64,000 bases of DNA from a virus, in the IMG/VR virus record IMGVR_UViG_3300025131_000005. One strand, 5' to 3'. Shown here piece by piece: positions 8,358 to 17,533 of this stretch (positions are counted from its first letter, which is position 1; each line of letters starts with the position of its first letter). Below the pieces are notes generated by a model, which worked only from the letters and a program-made list of their open reading frames with translations, ran no database searches and was not told the origin of the DNA. The translations under genes and the position numbers were made by a program.

Positions 8358-9932
8358 ATGTCATTCAGGCTTTCCAGAGAGCAGATTTTAAAGGAAATAA
8401 TAAAATCTGGCAAGGATCCTGCATATTTTATTAATAATTATGCTAGAATTTCTCACCCACAAGAGGGATTAATTCCATTTAAGACTTATGATTTTCAAAC
8501 AGAACTTTTAAAGGATTTTAACGATTACCGTTTTAGCGTAATTTTAAAAGCTCGCCAACTTGGAATTTCAACAATAACAGCAGCTTATGTTGCTTGGTTG
8601 ATGATGTTCCACAAAGAAAAGAATGTGCTTGTTATCGCCACACAATTCAAAACTGCCTCGAATCTCGTTAAAAAGGTAAAAGCAATTCATAGAAATCTTC
8701 CAGAGTGGATGAAAATTGCAGAGATTTCGATAGATAATAGAACTTCTTTTGAATTAACAAATGGTTCACAAATAAAGGCTTCTTCTACTTCTTTGGATGC
8801 TGGACGTTCAGAAGCATTATCTTTATTGGTAATCGACGAGGCAGCCCATATTGAGGGTCTAGACGAACTTTGGACAGGTTTGTATCCCACCCTATCAACG
8901 GGAGGCCGCTGCATCGCCCTGTCCACTCCAAATGGTGTTGGCAACTGGTTTCACCAAACATGTATGGACGCTGCGCAAGAAGATAATGATTTTAAGTTAA
9001 CGACGCTATTATGGAATGCTCATCCTGATCGTGATCAACAATGGTTTGAGAATGAAACTAAAAACATGTCCCGTCGCCAAATTGCACAAGAACTTGAATG
9101 TAATTTCAATATGTCTGGAGAAACAGTATTCCACACCGACGATTTAGAGATTATAGAAAATGGTTTAGTCGAACCTAAATACAAAACAGGTTTTGATCGT
9201 AATTTCTGGATTTGGGAAGAATATCAAGAAGGTTCAACATATTTGCTATCAGCAGATGTTGCACGAGGCGATGGAAAAGATTATTCTACCTTTCATATCT
9301 TCAAAATAGAGACGATGGAGATCATAGGAGAATACGTAGGCAAAGCAACGCCAGATTTATTTGCCAATATGTTAAATGAAATTGGAAAAGAATATGGTAA
9401 GTGCATGATAGTTGTTGAAAATAATACAATAGGTTGGACAGTGTTGAGTAAATTGCAAGAATTGGGATATCCTAATTTATTCTATTCTTATAAATCTAGT
9501 CATGAATATGTTGAGCCTGCAACCGGCGAATTGGCTAATAATGCTGTTATGGGTTTTTCAATGACTTCAAAAACTCGTCCCTTGGTCCTAGCTAAGTTAG
9601 AAGAATTCGTTAGAAATAAACTAGTTACGATATATTCCAGAAGGACTCTTAATGAAATGAAGACTTTTGTATGGCAATATGGCAAACCACAAGCAATGAA
9701 AGGGTATAATGATGATTTGACAATCGCATTGGCAATTGGATGTTGGGTTAAAGACATAGCTTTTGAAGTTTCGCAGAGAGATGTAGAATATAAAAAAGCT
9801 TTCTTAAATTGTATTACCAAAGGTGATACAATCATAAATACTTCTATTTCAGGAATGCATGGTTTTAAGCATAATAAAGAAATACATGAAAGAGAAAAAT
9901 ATGAAGATTTTATTTGGCTCCTCAAAGGATAA
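8358..9932 (+). CDS. terL: Terminase large subunit (T4 gp17-like)
   Basis: Walker A ILKARQLGIST, Walker B LVIDEAAH, coupling motif STPNG, nuclease motifs SADVARGDGKDYS and NDDLTIA. Confidence 0.96.
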   Translation: MSFRLSREQILKEIIKSGKDPAYFINNYARISHPQEGLIPFKTYDFQTELLKDFNDYRFSVILKARQLGISTITAAYVAWLMMFHKEKNVLVIATQFKTASNLVKKVKAIHRNLPEWMKIAEISIDNRTSFELTNGSQIKASSTSLDAGRSEALSLLVIDEAAHIEGLDELWTGLYPTLSTGGRCIALSTPNGVGNWFHQTCMDAAQEDNDFKLTTLLWNAHPDRDQQWFENETKNMSRRQIAQELECNFNMSGETVFHTDDLEIIENGLVEPKYKTGFDRNFWIWEEYQEGSTYLLSADVARGDGKDYSTFHIFKIETMEIIGEYVGKATPDLFANMLNEIGKEYGKCMIVVENNTIGWTVLSKLQELGYPNLFYSYKSSHEYVEPATGELANNAVMGFSMTSKTRPLVLAKLEEFVRNKLVTIYSRRTLNEMKTFVWQYGKPQAMKGYNDDLTIALAIGCWVKDIAFEVSQRDVEYKKAFLNCITKGDTIINTSISGMHGFKHNKEIHEREKYEDFIWLLKG

Positions 9933-9940
9933 TTATATAA

Positions 9941-11935
9941 ATGGCTAACAGAAATTCAAATCCCCATAATCCCCAACATCAACTTTTTAAGAAATTGACA
10001 AAATTGTTGTCAAGTCCCATAAGTACTTCTAAACAACAGCATCCCAGATCTATGCGCAGGTTGCAATTAGATAATTATGCTTCCAAATTTAAATCTGCCA
10101 CTGGCCAGTCGTTCAAAAAAACAGAATATGGGCAAAAAGGTAACTATACTGCCAATTATATGGCAAATCAAAATCGTGCTGACAGATATACTGATTTTGA
10201 TCAGATGGAATACACACCAGAAATTGCTTCTGCTATGGATATATATGCAGATGAAATTACTACTTCTACTGAAATAACACCGTTGCTCAATATCAAGACA
10301 CATGATGAAGAGATTAAGATTGAGCTTGAATATTTATTTCATCAAATATTAAATATAGAGTTTAATATTTTTGGATGGGCACGCTCCTTATGCAAATTTG
10401 GAGATTTCTTTCTTTATTTAGATATCGATGAACAAGAAGGAATAAAATATGCAATAGGTTTACCTGCACAGGAAGTGGAAAGATTAGAAGGGGAAGATCC
10501 CGATAATCCCAATTATATTCAGTATCAATGGAATTCTGCTGGCTTGACTTTAGAAAATTGGCAAGTTGCCCACTTTAGAGTTTTGGGCAATGATAAATAT
10601 ACGCCGTATGGGACTTCTGTTTTAGAACCCGCACGACGCATTTGGCGTCAACTTACTTTATTAGAAGATGCGATGATGGCATATCGTATTGTTAGATCAC
10701 CAGAGAGAAGAATATTTTATATTGATGTCGGTAATATTCCTCCGCAAGATGTAGAACAATACGTCCAGCGAATCATGTCACAAATGAAAAGAAATCAAGT
10801 GGTTGATTCTACAACCGGTCGCGTTGATTTGCGATATAATCCAATGTCTGTAGAAGAAGATTATTTTATTCCTGTTCGTGGCGGGCAAGAATCCACAAAA
10901 GTGGAAAGTCTTGCGGGCGGTCAGTTTACCGGTGATATCGATGACGTGAAGTATCTTCGCGATAAATTATTTAGCGCCCTTAAGGTTCCACAATCATATT
11001 TAACTCAAGGTGAAGGAGCAGAAGAAGATAAGACCACACTAGCTCAAAAAGATATCCGGTTTGCTCGCACAGTTCAACGATTGCAAAGATCAATTACCGC
11101 AGAGTTAGAAAAGATTGCAATTGTTCATTTATTCGCCAGAGGATACAGAGGAAAAGATTTAACTTCATTTAAGCTTTCTTTAAATAATCCTTCGAAATTA
11201 GCACAATTACAAGAATTGGAAAATTGGAGAACTAAATTTGAAATTGCTTCTGGTGCCACAGAGGGATTTTTCAGCAAACGATGGATAGCCAAAAATATTT
11301 TTAATCTCTCTGATGAACAGATTTTAAGAAATGACAGAGAAATGTTCACTGATAAGAAAATGACCGCAATGTTTGAAAAGGCCGCAGAAGAAATTACTAC
11401 CGGTGAAATGGCAGGAGAGGAAATGGGCGGCGACATGGGCGGCATGGGCGGTGGAGGAGAACTTGGACTCGGCGGTGAGGGCGAAATGGATATGGAAGGT
11501 GGAGAAGAGCTTGACATGGAAGGTGGAGAAGAGCTTGGAGGAGAAGAGGCAGGAGCTGTAGAAGAGCCTACATTACTAGCTGCTCCCGGTAATCGCGATG
11601 TATCCAAGGAATATAAAAAGGAAAACGGAAAGATGAAAGCCAAGACAGCCAATTCCAAAGGGTGGTATAACGTAAAAACCAGAAACCAAGGTGATAAAAG
11701 GAAGAAAGCTGGGAAGAGAAAACATATGAAGGGTCAGTATGGGAAAGAGAACGGTGCACCCACAAAAAGAAAAATATTTCCAGGAAGTGAAATTAACACA
11801 CTAGGATATGGCGTAACTGAAAATATTGAACCTAATTATAATATTGAACAAGAAATATTACAAACTAATACAGAAGTTAAAAATCTGATTGAGATTTTGG
11901 AGTCCAAGTATAATAATGAAACACAGACACAATAA
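9941..11935 (+). CDS. Portal protein (T4 gp20-like) with long acidic then basic C-terminal extension
   Basis: YRIVRSPERRIFYIDVGNIP, EDYFIP, GGQFTGDIDDVKY, ALKVPQSYL. Follows terL. Confidence 0.95.
   Translation: MANRNSNPHNPQHQLFKKLTKLLSSPISTSKQQHPRSMRRLQLDNYASKFKSATGQSFKKTEYGQKGNYTANYMANQNRADRYTDFDQMEYTPEIASAMDIYADEITTSTEITPLLNIKTHDEEIKIELEYLFHQILNIEFNIFGWARSLCKFGDFFLYLDIDEQEGIKYAIGLPAQEVERLEGEDPDNPNYIQYQWNSAGLTLENWQVAHFRVLGNDKYTPYGTSVLEPARRIWRQLTLLEDAMMAYRIVRSPERRIFYIDVGNIPPQDVEQYVQRIMSQMKRNQVVDSTTGRVDLRYNPMSVEEDYFIPVRGGQESTKVESLAGGQFTGDIDDVKYLRDKLFSALKVPQSYLTQGEGAEEDKTTLAQKDIRFARTVQRLQRSITAELEKIAIVHLFARGYRGKDLTSFKLSLNNPSKLAQLQELENWRTKFEIASGATEGFFSKRWIAKNIFNLSDEQILRNDREMFTDKKMTAMFEKAAEEITTGEMAGEEMGGDMGGMGGGGELGLGGEGEMDMEGGEELDMEGGEELGGEEAGAVEEPTLLAAPGNRDVSKEYKKENGKMKAKTANSKGWYNVKTRNQGDKRKKAGKRKHMKGQYGKENGAPTKRKIFPGSEINTLGYGVTENIEPNYNIEQEILQTNTEVKNLIEILESKYNNETQTQ
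11489..11536 (+). repeat. 24-nt tandem repeat x2 (DMEGGEEL) in the portal tail
   Basis: ga(t/c)atggaaggtggagaagagctt twice. Confidence 0.9.
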
Positions 11936-12728
11936 GAAAAGAAATACGGCAATTTTATATGAAACCCTTATTCGTGAATTAACTCGCTCTAGTATTCGTG
12001 AAAACAAAAAGTGTAAGAATAAAATTATGAAATTGTTGAAAGAGCATTTTAATAAGAATTCAATCCTTGCATATGAATTAGAATTATATAATATTTTAAA
12101 TGAAAGAGGGGGTTTTAAGAAAGAGATTGCTGAAAAGATTTTAAATGAAGCCAAAAGCAAACATGCCAAATTAAACCGAAAAGCTATTTTTAAAGAACAG
12201 TCAAAGCTTATTAAGAACATTAATTATCAAGTAGGACAAGATTTATGGGAAAACTATGTGTCCAGTTTTAAAGATTTTGCGTCCATATACCAAATTTTTT
12301 ATGATACTGCGAGTGCGAAACAGAAGATTTTTCTTGAGGAACAAACCATAGAGAAGATGACGCTCCCTCCCCTTGCAAAAGAAGAAAAATATGGTGCTAT
12401 CAATAATCTTGCCTTTAAAACATTTTTAGAGAAATTTAATGAAAAATATAGTAACAAATTATTAAAGGAGCAGAAGGAATTACTTTCTTTATATGCAACA
12501 AGTTTCAACAAAAGTGATCTGGAATTAAAGATTTTTCTTAATGAAGAAATAAGTCGTCTTAGAGATACTATTGAGAATGATACTAAATCAACTCTTGAGG
12601 AAAGCAACAAAGAACAATTATTGAAATTATTGAAATCTTTCTCCGGCATGCCTATTGGTAAAATGATGCTGGAAAAAGTACTTAAAATTCAAAAATTAAC
12701 AAACGAGATGAGTAATTATGGCAATTAA
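11916..12728 (+). CDS. Hypothetical head-module protein
   Basis: Likely start ATG 11916 (MKHRHNKKRNTAILYETLIREL). Helical; lies between portal and protease. Confidence 0.75.
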   Translation: MKHRHNKKRNTAILYETLIRELTRSSIRENKKCKNKIMKLLKEHFNKNSILAYELELYNILNERGGFKKEIAEKILNEAKSKHAKLNRKAIFKEQSKLIKNINYQVGQDLWENYVSSFKDFASIYQIFYDTASAKQKIFLEEQTIEKMTLPPLAKEEKYGAINNLAFKTFLEKFNEKYSNKLLKEQKELLSLYATSFNKSDLELKIFLNEEISRLRDTIENDTKSTLEESNKEQLLKLLKSFSGMPIGKMMLEKVLKIQKLTNEMSNYGN

Positions 12729-13284
12729 AGTTAAAATAAGCGAACCGGATAAAATTCTCGTAAAAATAAGTGAGAAAGAAGAGCCTGACGAAACAGTTGA
12801 ACTTAAGGCTAGAAAAAGTCTTGCTGGTGATATTATGATATTTGATCATAATGAAATTGATATTGTGGTGATGCCTGAAAAAAAGAAAATTTTAACTTTT
12901 GCAAAAGAATATTATGGCGACGAGGTATATGAAGCACAGAATCGACTTTTTACTTTTTTAAGGAAAAGAGGGGTGGTGCAATATGACAGTATTGCTGGTT
13001 CGAATATATATTATTCCATGGAGGCCAAGTTACAAGAATCAGAAGAATACAATTCGGTTCAACATGCTCTGTTAGCTATAGCTCGATTTATTGATGATGA
13101 AAGACCACTTATGGAATTTGAAAAGGCATTTGATGAACAAGAAGAAGAGCGTCTAGATTCACCAGCACCGGGTGAATTTACGGAATTGGATCCCGAAAGA
13201 CAGTCAGAAAAGAAAGGCAGCATTCATCCTGGTCATTTTCCATACGGATTACAGCATGCGGCTGTATATCGTTTGGAGGAATAG
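12718..13284 (+). CDS. Hypothetical protein (head module)
   Basis: 188-aa ORF overlapping its neighbours in operon fashion. Confidence 0.7.
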   Translation: MAIKVKISEPDKILVKISEKEEPDETVELKARKSLAGDIMIFDHNEIDIVVMPEKKKILTFAKEYYGDEVYEAQNRLFTFLRKRGVVQYDSIAGSNIYYSMEAKLQESEEYNSVQHALLAIARFIDDERPLMEFEKAFDEQEEERLDSPAPGEFTELDPERQSEKKGSIHPGHFPYGLQHAAVYRLEE

Positions 13285-13631
13285 TGAGCACCATACATTT
13301 TATTCTCTGCTGTTATGGTTTAACTTTTCTTCTAGTTTATGGTTCCATTTTGGATTGGATACGACCCACTAGTGGTAAGTTAGGGAAATTATTTCATTGT
13401 CCCCTTTGTTTGGGCTTTTGGGTTGGCATATTTTTATGGGCTTTGAATGGTCAGACAGAACTATTTAGTTTTGATTACAAACCATTTACAGCATTTTTGT
13501 GTGGCTGTCTTTCAGCCGGCACGTCGTACTTTTTCAGTATGTTAGTAAAAGATTATGGATTAAATTTAAACGTGAGGTTGGAAAATGAAGAAGAGAAATA
13601 CGCCGGAAGTTCGAAGATGCTGCTCGGGTAG
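13284..13631 (+). CDS. Small membrane protein (DUF1360-like)
   Basis: Hydrophobic helices with LFHCPLCLGFWVG. Confidence 0.65.
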   Translation: MSTIHFILCCYGLTFLLVYGSILDWIRPTSGKLGKLFHCPLCLGFWVGIFLWALNGQTELFSFDYKPFTAFLCGCLSAGTSYFFSMLVKDYGLNLNVRLENEEEKYAGSSKMLLG

Positions 13632-13650
13632 CTTTATCATGCAGGAGTGA
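13585..13650 (+). CDS. Candidate 21-aa micro-ORF MKKRNTPEVRRCCSGSFIMQE upstream of the prohead protease
   Basis: GAGG at 13574-77, ATG 13585, TGA 13648-50 inside a hairpin. Below the track size cut-off. Confidence 0.4.
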   Translation: MKKRNTPEVRRCCSGSFIMQE

Positions 13651-13659
13651 ATCCTGCAT
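13639..13659 (+). promoter_or_regulatory. Hairpin in the leader of the prohead protease gene
   Basis: atgcagga-gtgaa-tcctgcat, perfect 8-bp stem. Confidence 0.55.
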
Positions 13660-13680
13660 ACATTTTGGAAATACAAACAT

Positions 13681-14319
13681 ATGTCGAAGAAACTTTTACA
13701 AGAATATTTTGAACTTTGTCCCGATGGCCAATGTGTTATCGATATTTTATCGGAATCTGAACGAAAGCGTGTGGTTAATGAAGGAGCTATTTATCTAGTT
13801 GGTGTTTGCCAAAAGTCCGGTACTAAAAATGGTAATGGAAGGATTTATCAGAAACCTACACTTGAGAGAGAAGTAGAAGCTTATCAGAAAGCGGTTAAAG
13901 AAAGAAGATCTTTAGGAGAACTTGATCATCCCGATGAGAGTGTTGTGAATCTTAAAAATGCTTCGCATCTTATATCAAAAATGTGGTGGGATGATGACAA
14001 TGTGATGGGAAAGGTTGAAGTTCTCGATACTCCTTCTGGTCGTATTCTCAAAGATTTAATTAAGGCTGGAGTTAAGCTTGGAATATCGTCGCGAGGCTTG
14101 GGCACCGTAAGCGAAGCTAATGGTGTTACAATGGTTGAAGATGATTTTCAATTGATTTGCTTTGATATCGTTTCAGAGCCTTCAACACCTGGCGCTTATA
14201 TGAAGCCACAAAAATCAATGTCTTCGCCTCCAATGGATGCAGAGATTGGTGTTTATCTAAACGAAAATAAAGAGAAATCAAATTTAAACGATCTTATTCA
14301 AGATATATTAGGAGACTAA
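13681..14319 (+). CDS. Prohead core protease (T4 gp21-like, peptidase S77)
   Basis: NGNGRIY, GELDHP, GISSRGLG, FDIVSEPSTPGAY. Confidence 0.95.
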   Translation: MSKKLLQEYFELCPDGQCVIDILSESERKRVVNEGAIYLVGVCQKSGTKNGNGRIYQKPTLEREVEAYQKAVKERRSLGELDHPDESVVNLKNASHLISKMWWDDDNVMGKVEVLDTPSGRILKDLIKAGVKLGISSRGLGTVSEANGVTMVEDDFQLICFDIVSEPSTPGAYMKPQKSMSSPPMDAEIGVYLNENKEKSNLNDLIQDILGD

Positions 14320-14321
14320 AA

Positions 14322-15800
14322 GTGAAGATCACAAAAAAGAAACTTAAGCAAATTATCAAAGAAACCATTGAAGAACAACAAGAAGGAGGTTTAGTAAATA
14401 TTAACGCTGGACCGCAACACGTCTTGCAAGTGGTACCCAAATTGTTGAGTAATCCAAAACTTAAGGATATCATACGCTCCGGTCAAACCGATGCAGCGGG
14501 ACCAGGAGATGAGGTTATCGAAATTAGGGCCGACACGCGCATCGCCAGTAAATTATCTCCCACTCAAAGTCAAATTGGAGCGGATCAAAGTCTCAATGAT
14601 CAGGCAAGTGATGAAGATTTTGGAGGCGGTGATCCCACGAATCTTGATCGTGCAATTAGAGGGGGGAAACTAGCTTCAAAAGGAGGAGAATTTCCCATTT
14701 TAGTATTTAAGAATTGGGTACTCGATGGGCACCATCGCTGGAGCCAGTTTGTGGCAACAAATCCTGGTGCTACTGTAAATGTTGCTGAGATAGTGGCTCC
14801 TGGAGTTAGAGATGAAAAAACTGCTTTAGCGTTGCTTCATTATATGAATTTTGCTCTTTTTGGTAAATCTCCTACTAAAGATTTCAAGGGCACAAATCTT
14901 TATACTATGAACGCTCAACAAATAAAAGACCAGGCTTTGAAGAATATGTCGGAAGATACTCCTAAGAAGCTTTTTGCTGCCAAACTAATTGCTGAACCAA
15001 CAGCAGAAGCAGCTGCAAATCATTTTGCTAACAATTTAAGTAAAATTAATGGTCCTGGTAAGTACCCTAGGCTTGTAATGCCGCAGCCTGGAGATTCTGG
15101 ATCCAAGGACGGCTATGCAACAACACCGGAAGATGCAAAGGCGGGAGCAGTTAATTATATCGCACCATCTCCGCAAGATCTCAAAGAAGGAACTAAAAAA
15201 ATGAAGATCACAAGAGAAGAATTAAACAAAATCATTCAAGAGGAAGCCGGGGTTATTGTTTCAGAAGCTTACGGTAAGCGAGGTTTTTTTGATAGAATGT
15301 TAGGAGCGCCAAACAAAGACGTTAAGCGGATTCTAAATAATTTTGACGACGCAATCATGTCCGCGCTTCGGAATCCCGATGAAACCACCCCCCGATGGAG
15401 ATATGACGCCCTCGTGAAGGCGCACAGGATATATCAACGAGAAATGAAAGATATCGAAGATATCAAAGACATCAGCAAACAGCAGGCAGAAATGATTGCG
15501 TTGACCATGGACTCTTACGCTAAAGCTGAAAAGCGCCAAATTGACCGAATGGATTCCGACGAGCGCTACCGGGCTGAAGAAGAAGCTTCGAAGCGTAAAG
15601 CAGAGCGTGTGGCAAGGGAGAAAGAGTGGCACGCCGCAGAATTGAGGCACCAGGCTGCAGCCAACCTTCCCGTTTCGGACACCCATGGACGTGGAAAAGA
15701 CAAAGACGTAGATTGGGATCTTAGTCGTCATGAAGGCAAGTTCACGAAGGCTGATTTAAAACGCTTGGTTAAGGAAACCATTAAGGGACTAAATAAGTGA
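14322..15800 (+). CDS. Leader-bearing protein with ParB/Srx-like domain; a second leader at in-frame ATG 15201 suggests a fusion or an internal start
   Basis: MKITKKKLKQIIKE, then WVLDGHHRWSQ, then MKITREELNKIIQEE at residue 294. Confidence 0.7.
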   Translation: MKITKKKLKQIIKETIEEQQEGGLVNINAGPQHVLQVVPKLLSNPKLKDIIRSGQTDAAGPGDEVIEIRADTRIASKLSPTQSQIGADQSLNDQASDEDFGGGDPTNLDRAIRGGKLASKGGEFPILVFKNWVLDGHHRWSQFVATNPGATVNVAEIVAPGVRDEKTALALLHYMNFALFGKSPTKDFKGTNLYTMNAQQIKDQALKNMSEDTPKKLFAAKLIAEPTAEAAANHFANNLSKINGPGKYPRLVMPQPGDSGSKDGYATTPEDAKAGAVNYIAPSPQDLKEGTKKMKITREELNKIIQEEAGVIVSEAYGKRGFFDRMLGAPNKDVKRILNNFDDAIMSALRNPDETTPRWRYDALVKAHRIYQREMKDIEDIKDISKQQAEMIALTMDSYAKAEKRQIDRMDSDERYRAEEEASKRKAERVAREKEWHAAELRHQAAANLPVSDTHGRGKDKDVDWDLSRHEGKFTKADLKRLVKETIKGLNK

Positions 15801-16147
15801 AAATCACACAAGAAGAACTAAGCAAAATTATTTACGAAGAGTTAGAGAATGCTTTAAATGAGAGGGATCCATATGGCGGCAACAAGGGTGATGTACATCG
15901 CTCTGAAGACCCTGAATACGGAGATCTTAAAGGTATAGAAGATTACAAACCTGTCGTTGAGGATGAAGAGTTAAAAGAAGAAGATGATTGGATCCAAAAA
16001 GCTGTTGATCCCAAGCATAAAGGATATTGTACCCCAATGACCAAGAAAACGTGTACCCCAGAGCGTAAAGCATTAGCAAAGCGCTTCAAGAAAGCAGCCA
16101 AAAAGAAAGAAAAACAGGGCGGTACTGGATGGCAGGGAGAAGTATAA
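15797..16147 (+). CDS. Leader-bearing small protein with basic C-terminus
   Basis: MKITQEELSKIIYEE...WIQKAVDPKHKGYCTPMTKKTCTPERKALAKRFKKAAKKK. Confidence 0.75.
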   Translation: MKITQEELSKIIYEELENALNERDPYGGNKGDVHRSEDPEYGDLKGIEDYKPVVEDEELKEEDDWIQKAVDPKHKGYCTPMTKKTCTPERKALAKRFKKAAKKKEKQGGTGWQGEV

Positions 16148-16420
16148 ATGAATATTACTAAAGAGAGATTAAAACAACTTATTAAAGAAGAACTTCAACA
16201 GGTAGAGGAAAAATATACTCCTGTGCCAGAAGAACAAATTGCCAATAACCCCGAATCAGCAATTGCTCATATTAATAATGAGTTAACCATTCTGGATAAC
16301 GATATGCAAAAGATTTACGATGATCACGATGCTCTACAAGGTGAGAATGCTGGTATGAAAGAGATAATTCAGAGATTAATAGGTATCGTAAAACGCTTAT
16401 CGAGCGCACAAGGTGAATAA
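16148..16420 (+). CDS. Leader-bearing small coiled-coil protein
   Basis: MNITKERLKQLIKEE. Confidence 0.75.
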   Translation: MNITKERLKQLIKEELQQVEEKYTPVPEEQIANNPESAIAHINNELTILDNDMQKIYDDHDALQGENAGMKEIIQRLIGIVKRLSSAQGE

Positions 16421-16435
16421 ATTTATAGGAAGAAC

Positions 16436-16852
16436 ATGAAAAAGAACGAACTCAAACAAATATTGAAACCTCTTATAAAAGAATGTATTAAAGAATGTAT
16501 TTTTGAAGACGGAGTTTTATCTGGAATCATCACAGAAGTTGCGAATGGTTTGGATAAGCAGCGAGTGGTAGTTGGGGGTCTCACAGTGGAAAATAAGAAA
16601 CAAAACGACCCAGATTCAGAAGAACTTAAAAGACGATCTGAAGAAGCTGAGAAGCAACGCCAAGAAAGAATCAAAAGATTGAATGAATCAGCAAATTTGG
16701 GCACTATGGATGTATTTGAGGGAACCAAAACAATTGCTCCCGAAACTGAAAATACACATGGGGCATTATCCGGGGTTGCTACCGATGATGTTGGAGTAGA
16801 TATTAGCGGTATACTAAATCTTGCGGATGGTAAGTGGAAAAATTTAATGTAA
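16436..16852 (+). CDS. Hypothetical head-module protein with a related leader
   Basis: MKKNELKQILKPLIKECIKE. GGAAG RBS. Confidence 0.72.
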   Translation: MKKNELKQILKPLIKECIKECIFEDGVLSGIITEVANGLDKQRVVVGGLTVENKKQNDPDSEELKRRSEEAEKQRQERIKRLNESANLGTMDVFEGTKTIAPETENTHGALSGVATDDVGVDISGILNLADGKWKNLM

Positions 16853-16862
16853 AGGACAGAAA

Positions 16863-17093
16863 ATGGCTCGAAACGTAAATGTTAGCGTAAGCTTAAACGA
16901 CGTGCGAGGTGATGAATATCGCCTTATTAAGAGATTTATGAAGAAAGTTAAAAAAGAACGCATACTTGAGGACTATTTATCTAGAAGATTTCACGAGAAA
17001 CCTTCGCAAAAGAGAAGAAGAGAAAAGGCTAGAAAAATATGCAATGCCCAAAAAGCAGAGCAAAAGAGAAACAAAAAACTCGATATTAAGTGA
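16863..17093 (+). CDS. rpsU: Ribosomal protein bS21
   Basis: 76 aa, basic. LIKRFMKKVKKERILEDYLSRRFHEKPSQKRRREK matches the bS21 pattern (aLrrFKr...e.r.R.f.eKPs..Rrr). Confidence 0.85.
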   Translation: MARNVNVSVSLNDVRGDEYRLIKRFMKKVKKERILEDYLSRRFHEKPSQKRRREKARKICNAQKAEQKRNKKLDIK

Positions 17094-17101
17094 GGTAATA
17101 A

Positions 17102-17533
17102 ATGGCAGTAGATGCAAAAACAGGACAGCCGATATTTGGGGGCGCAACAAGTGTTGGCTTAAGAAGCGTAGGCAACTACCAAGTAGCAGGACATCCTTTT
17201 ATAACCGGCTCTAAGCTAGCTACTGATGCGGAAATCAAGATTGAATTCCCGACTGTGGCGAAGAGTGTGACCGTGATCGCATCTGGTAGCGAATCAAATA
17301 TTAGAGTACACTTTAACTCCATTTCGGATACTTCTGCTCGCGTCATCGCCGGAAATCACTATATTTCTCTGGACAACGACGAAGATTCATTATCTCTTGG
17401 TGTCAAATGTAGGGAAATATACATATCTTCAATTAACGGTGGAGGCGATAAGGGATTTCAGCTTATGGCTAGCTTGACTGGCATCCCAACTAGTAGTATG
17501 TATGCTTTAACAGGGTCAGGTTTAACTGATTAA
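17102..17533 (+). CDS. Putative virion structural protein
   Basis: Beta-rich, GAGG RBS, located before the fibre genes. Confidence 0.65.
   Translation: MAVDAKTGQPIFGGATSVGLRSVGNYQVAGHPFITGSKLATDAEIKIEFPTVAKSVTVIASGSESNIRVHFNSISDTSARVIAGNHYISLDNDEDSLSLGVKCREIYISSINGGGDKGFQLMASLTGIPTSSMYALTGSGLTD

Noticed and set aside
11125-11658. 177-aa minus-strand ORF rich in Ser/Pro
   Set aside because: Antisense shadow of the Gly/Glu-rich portal tail; no RBS or promoter.
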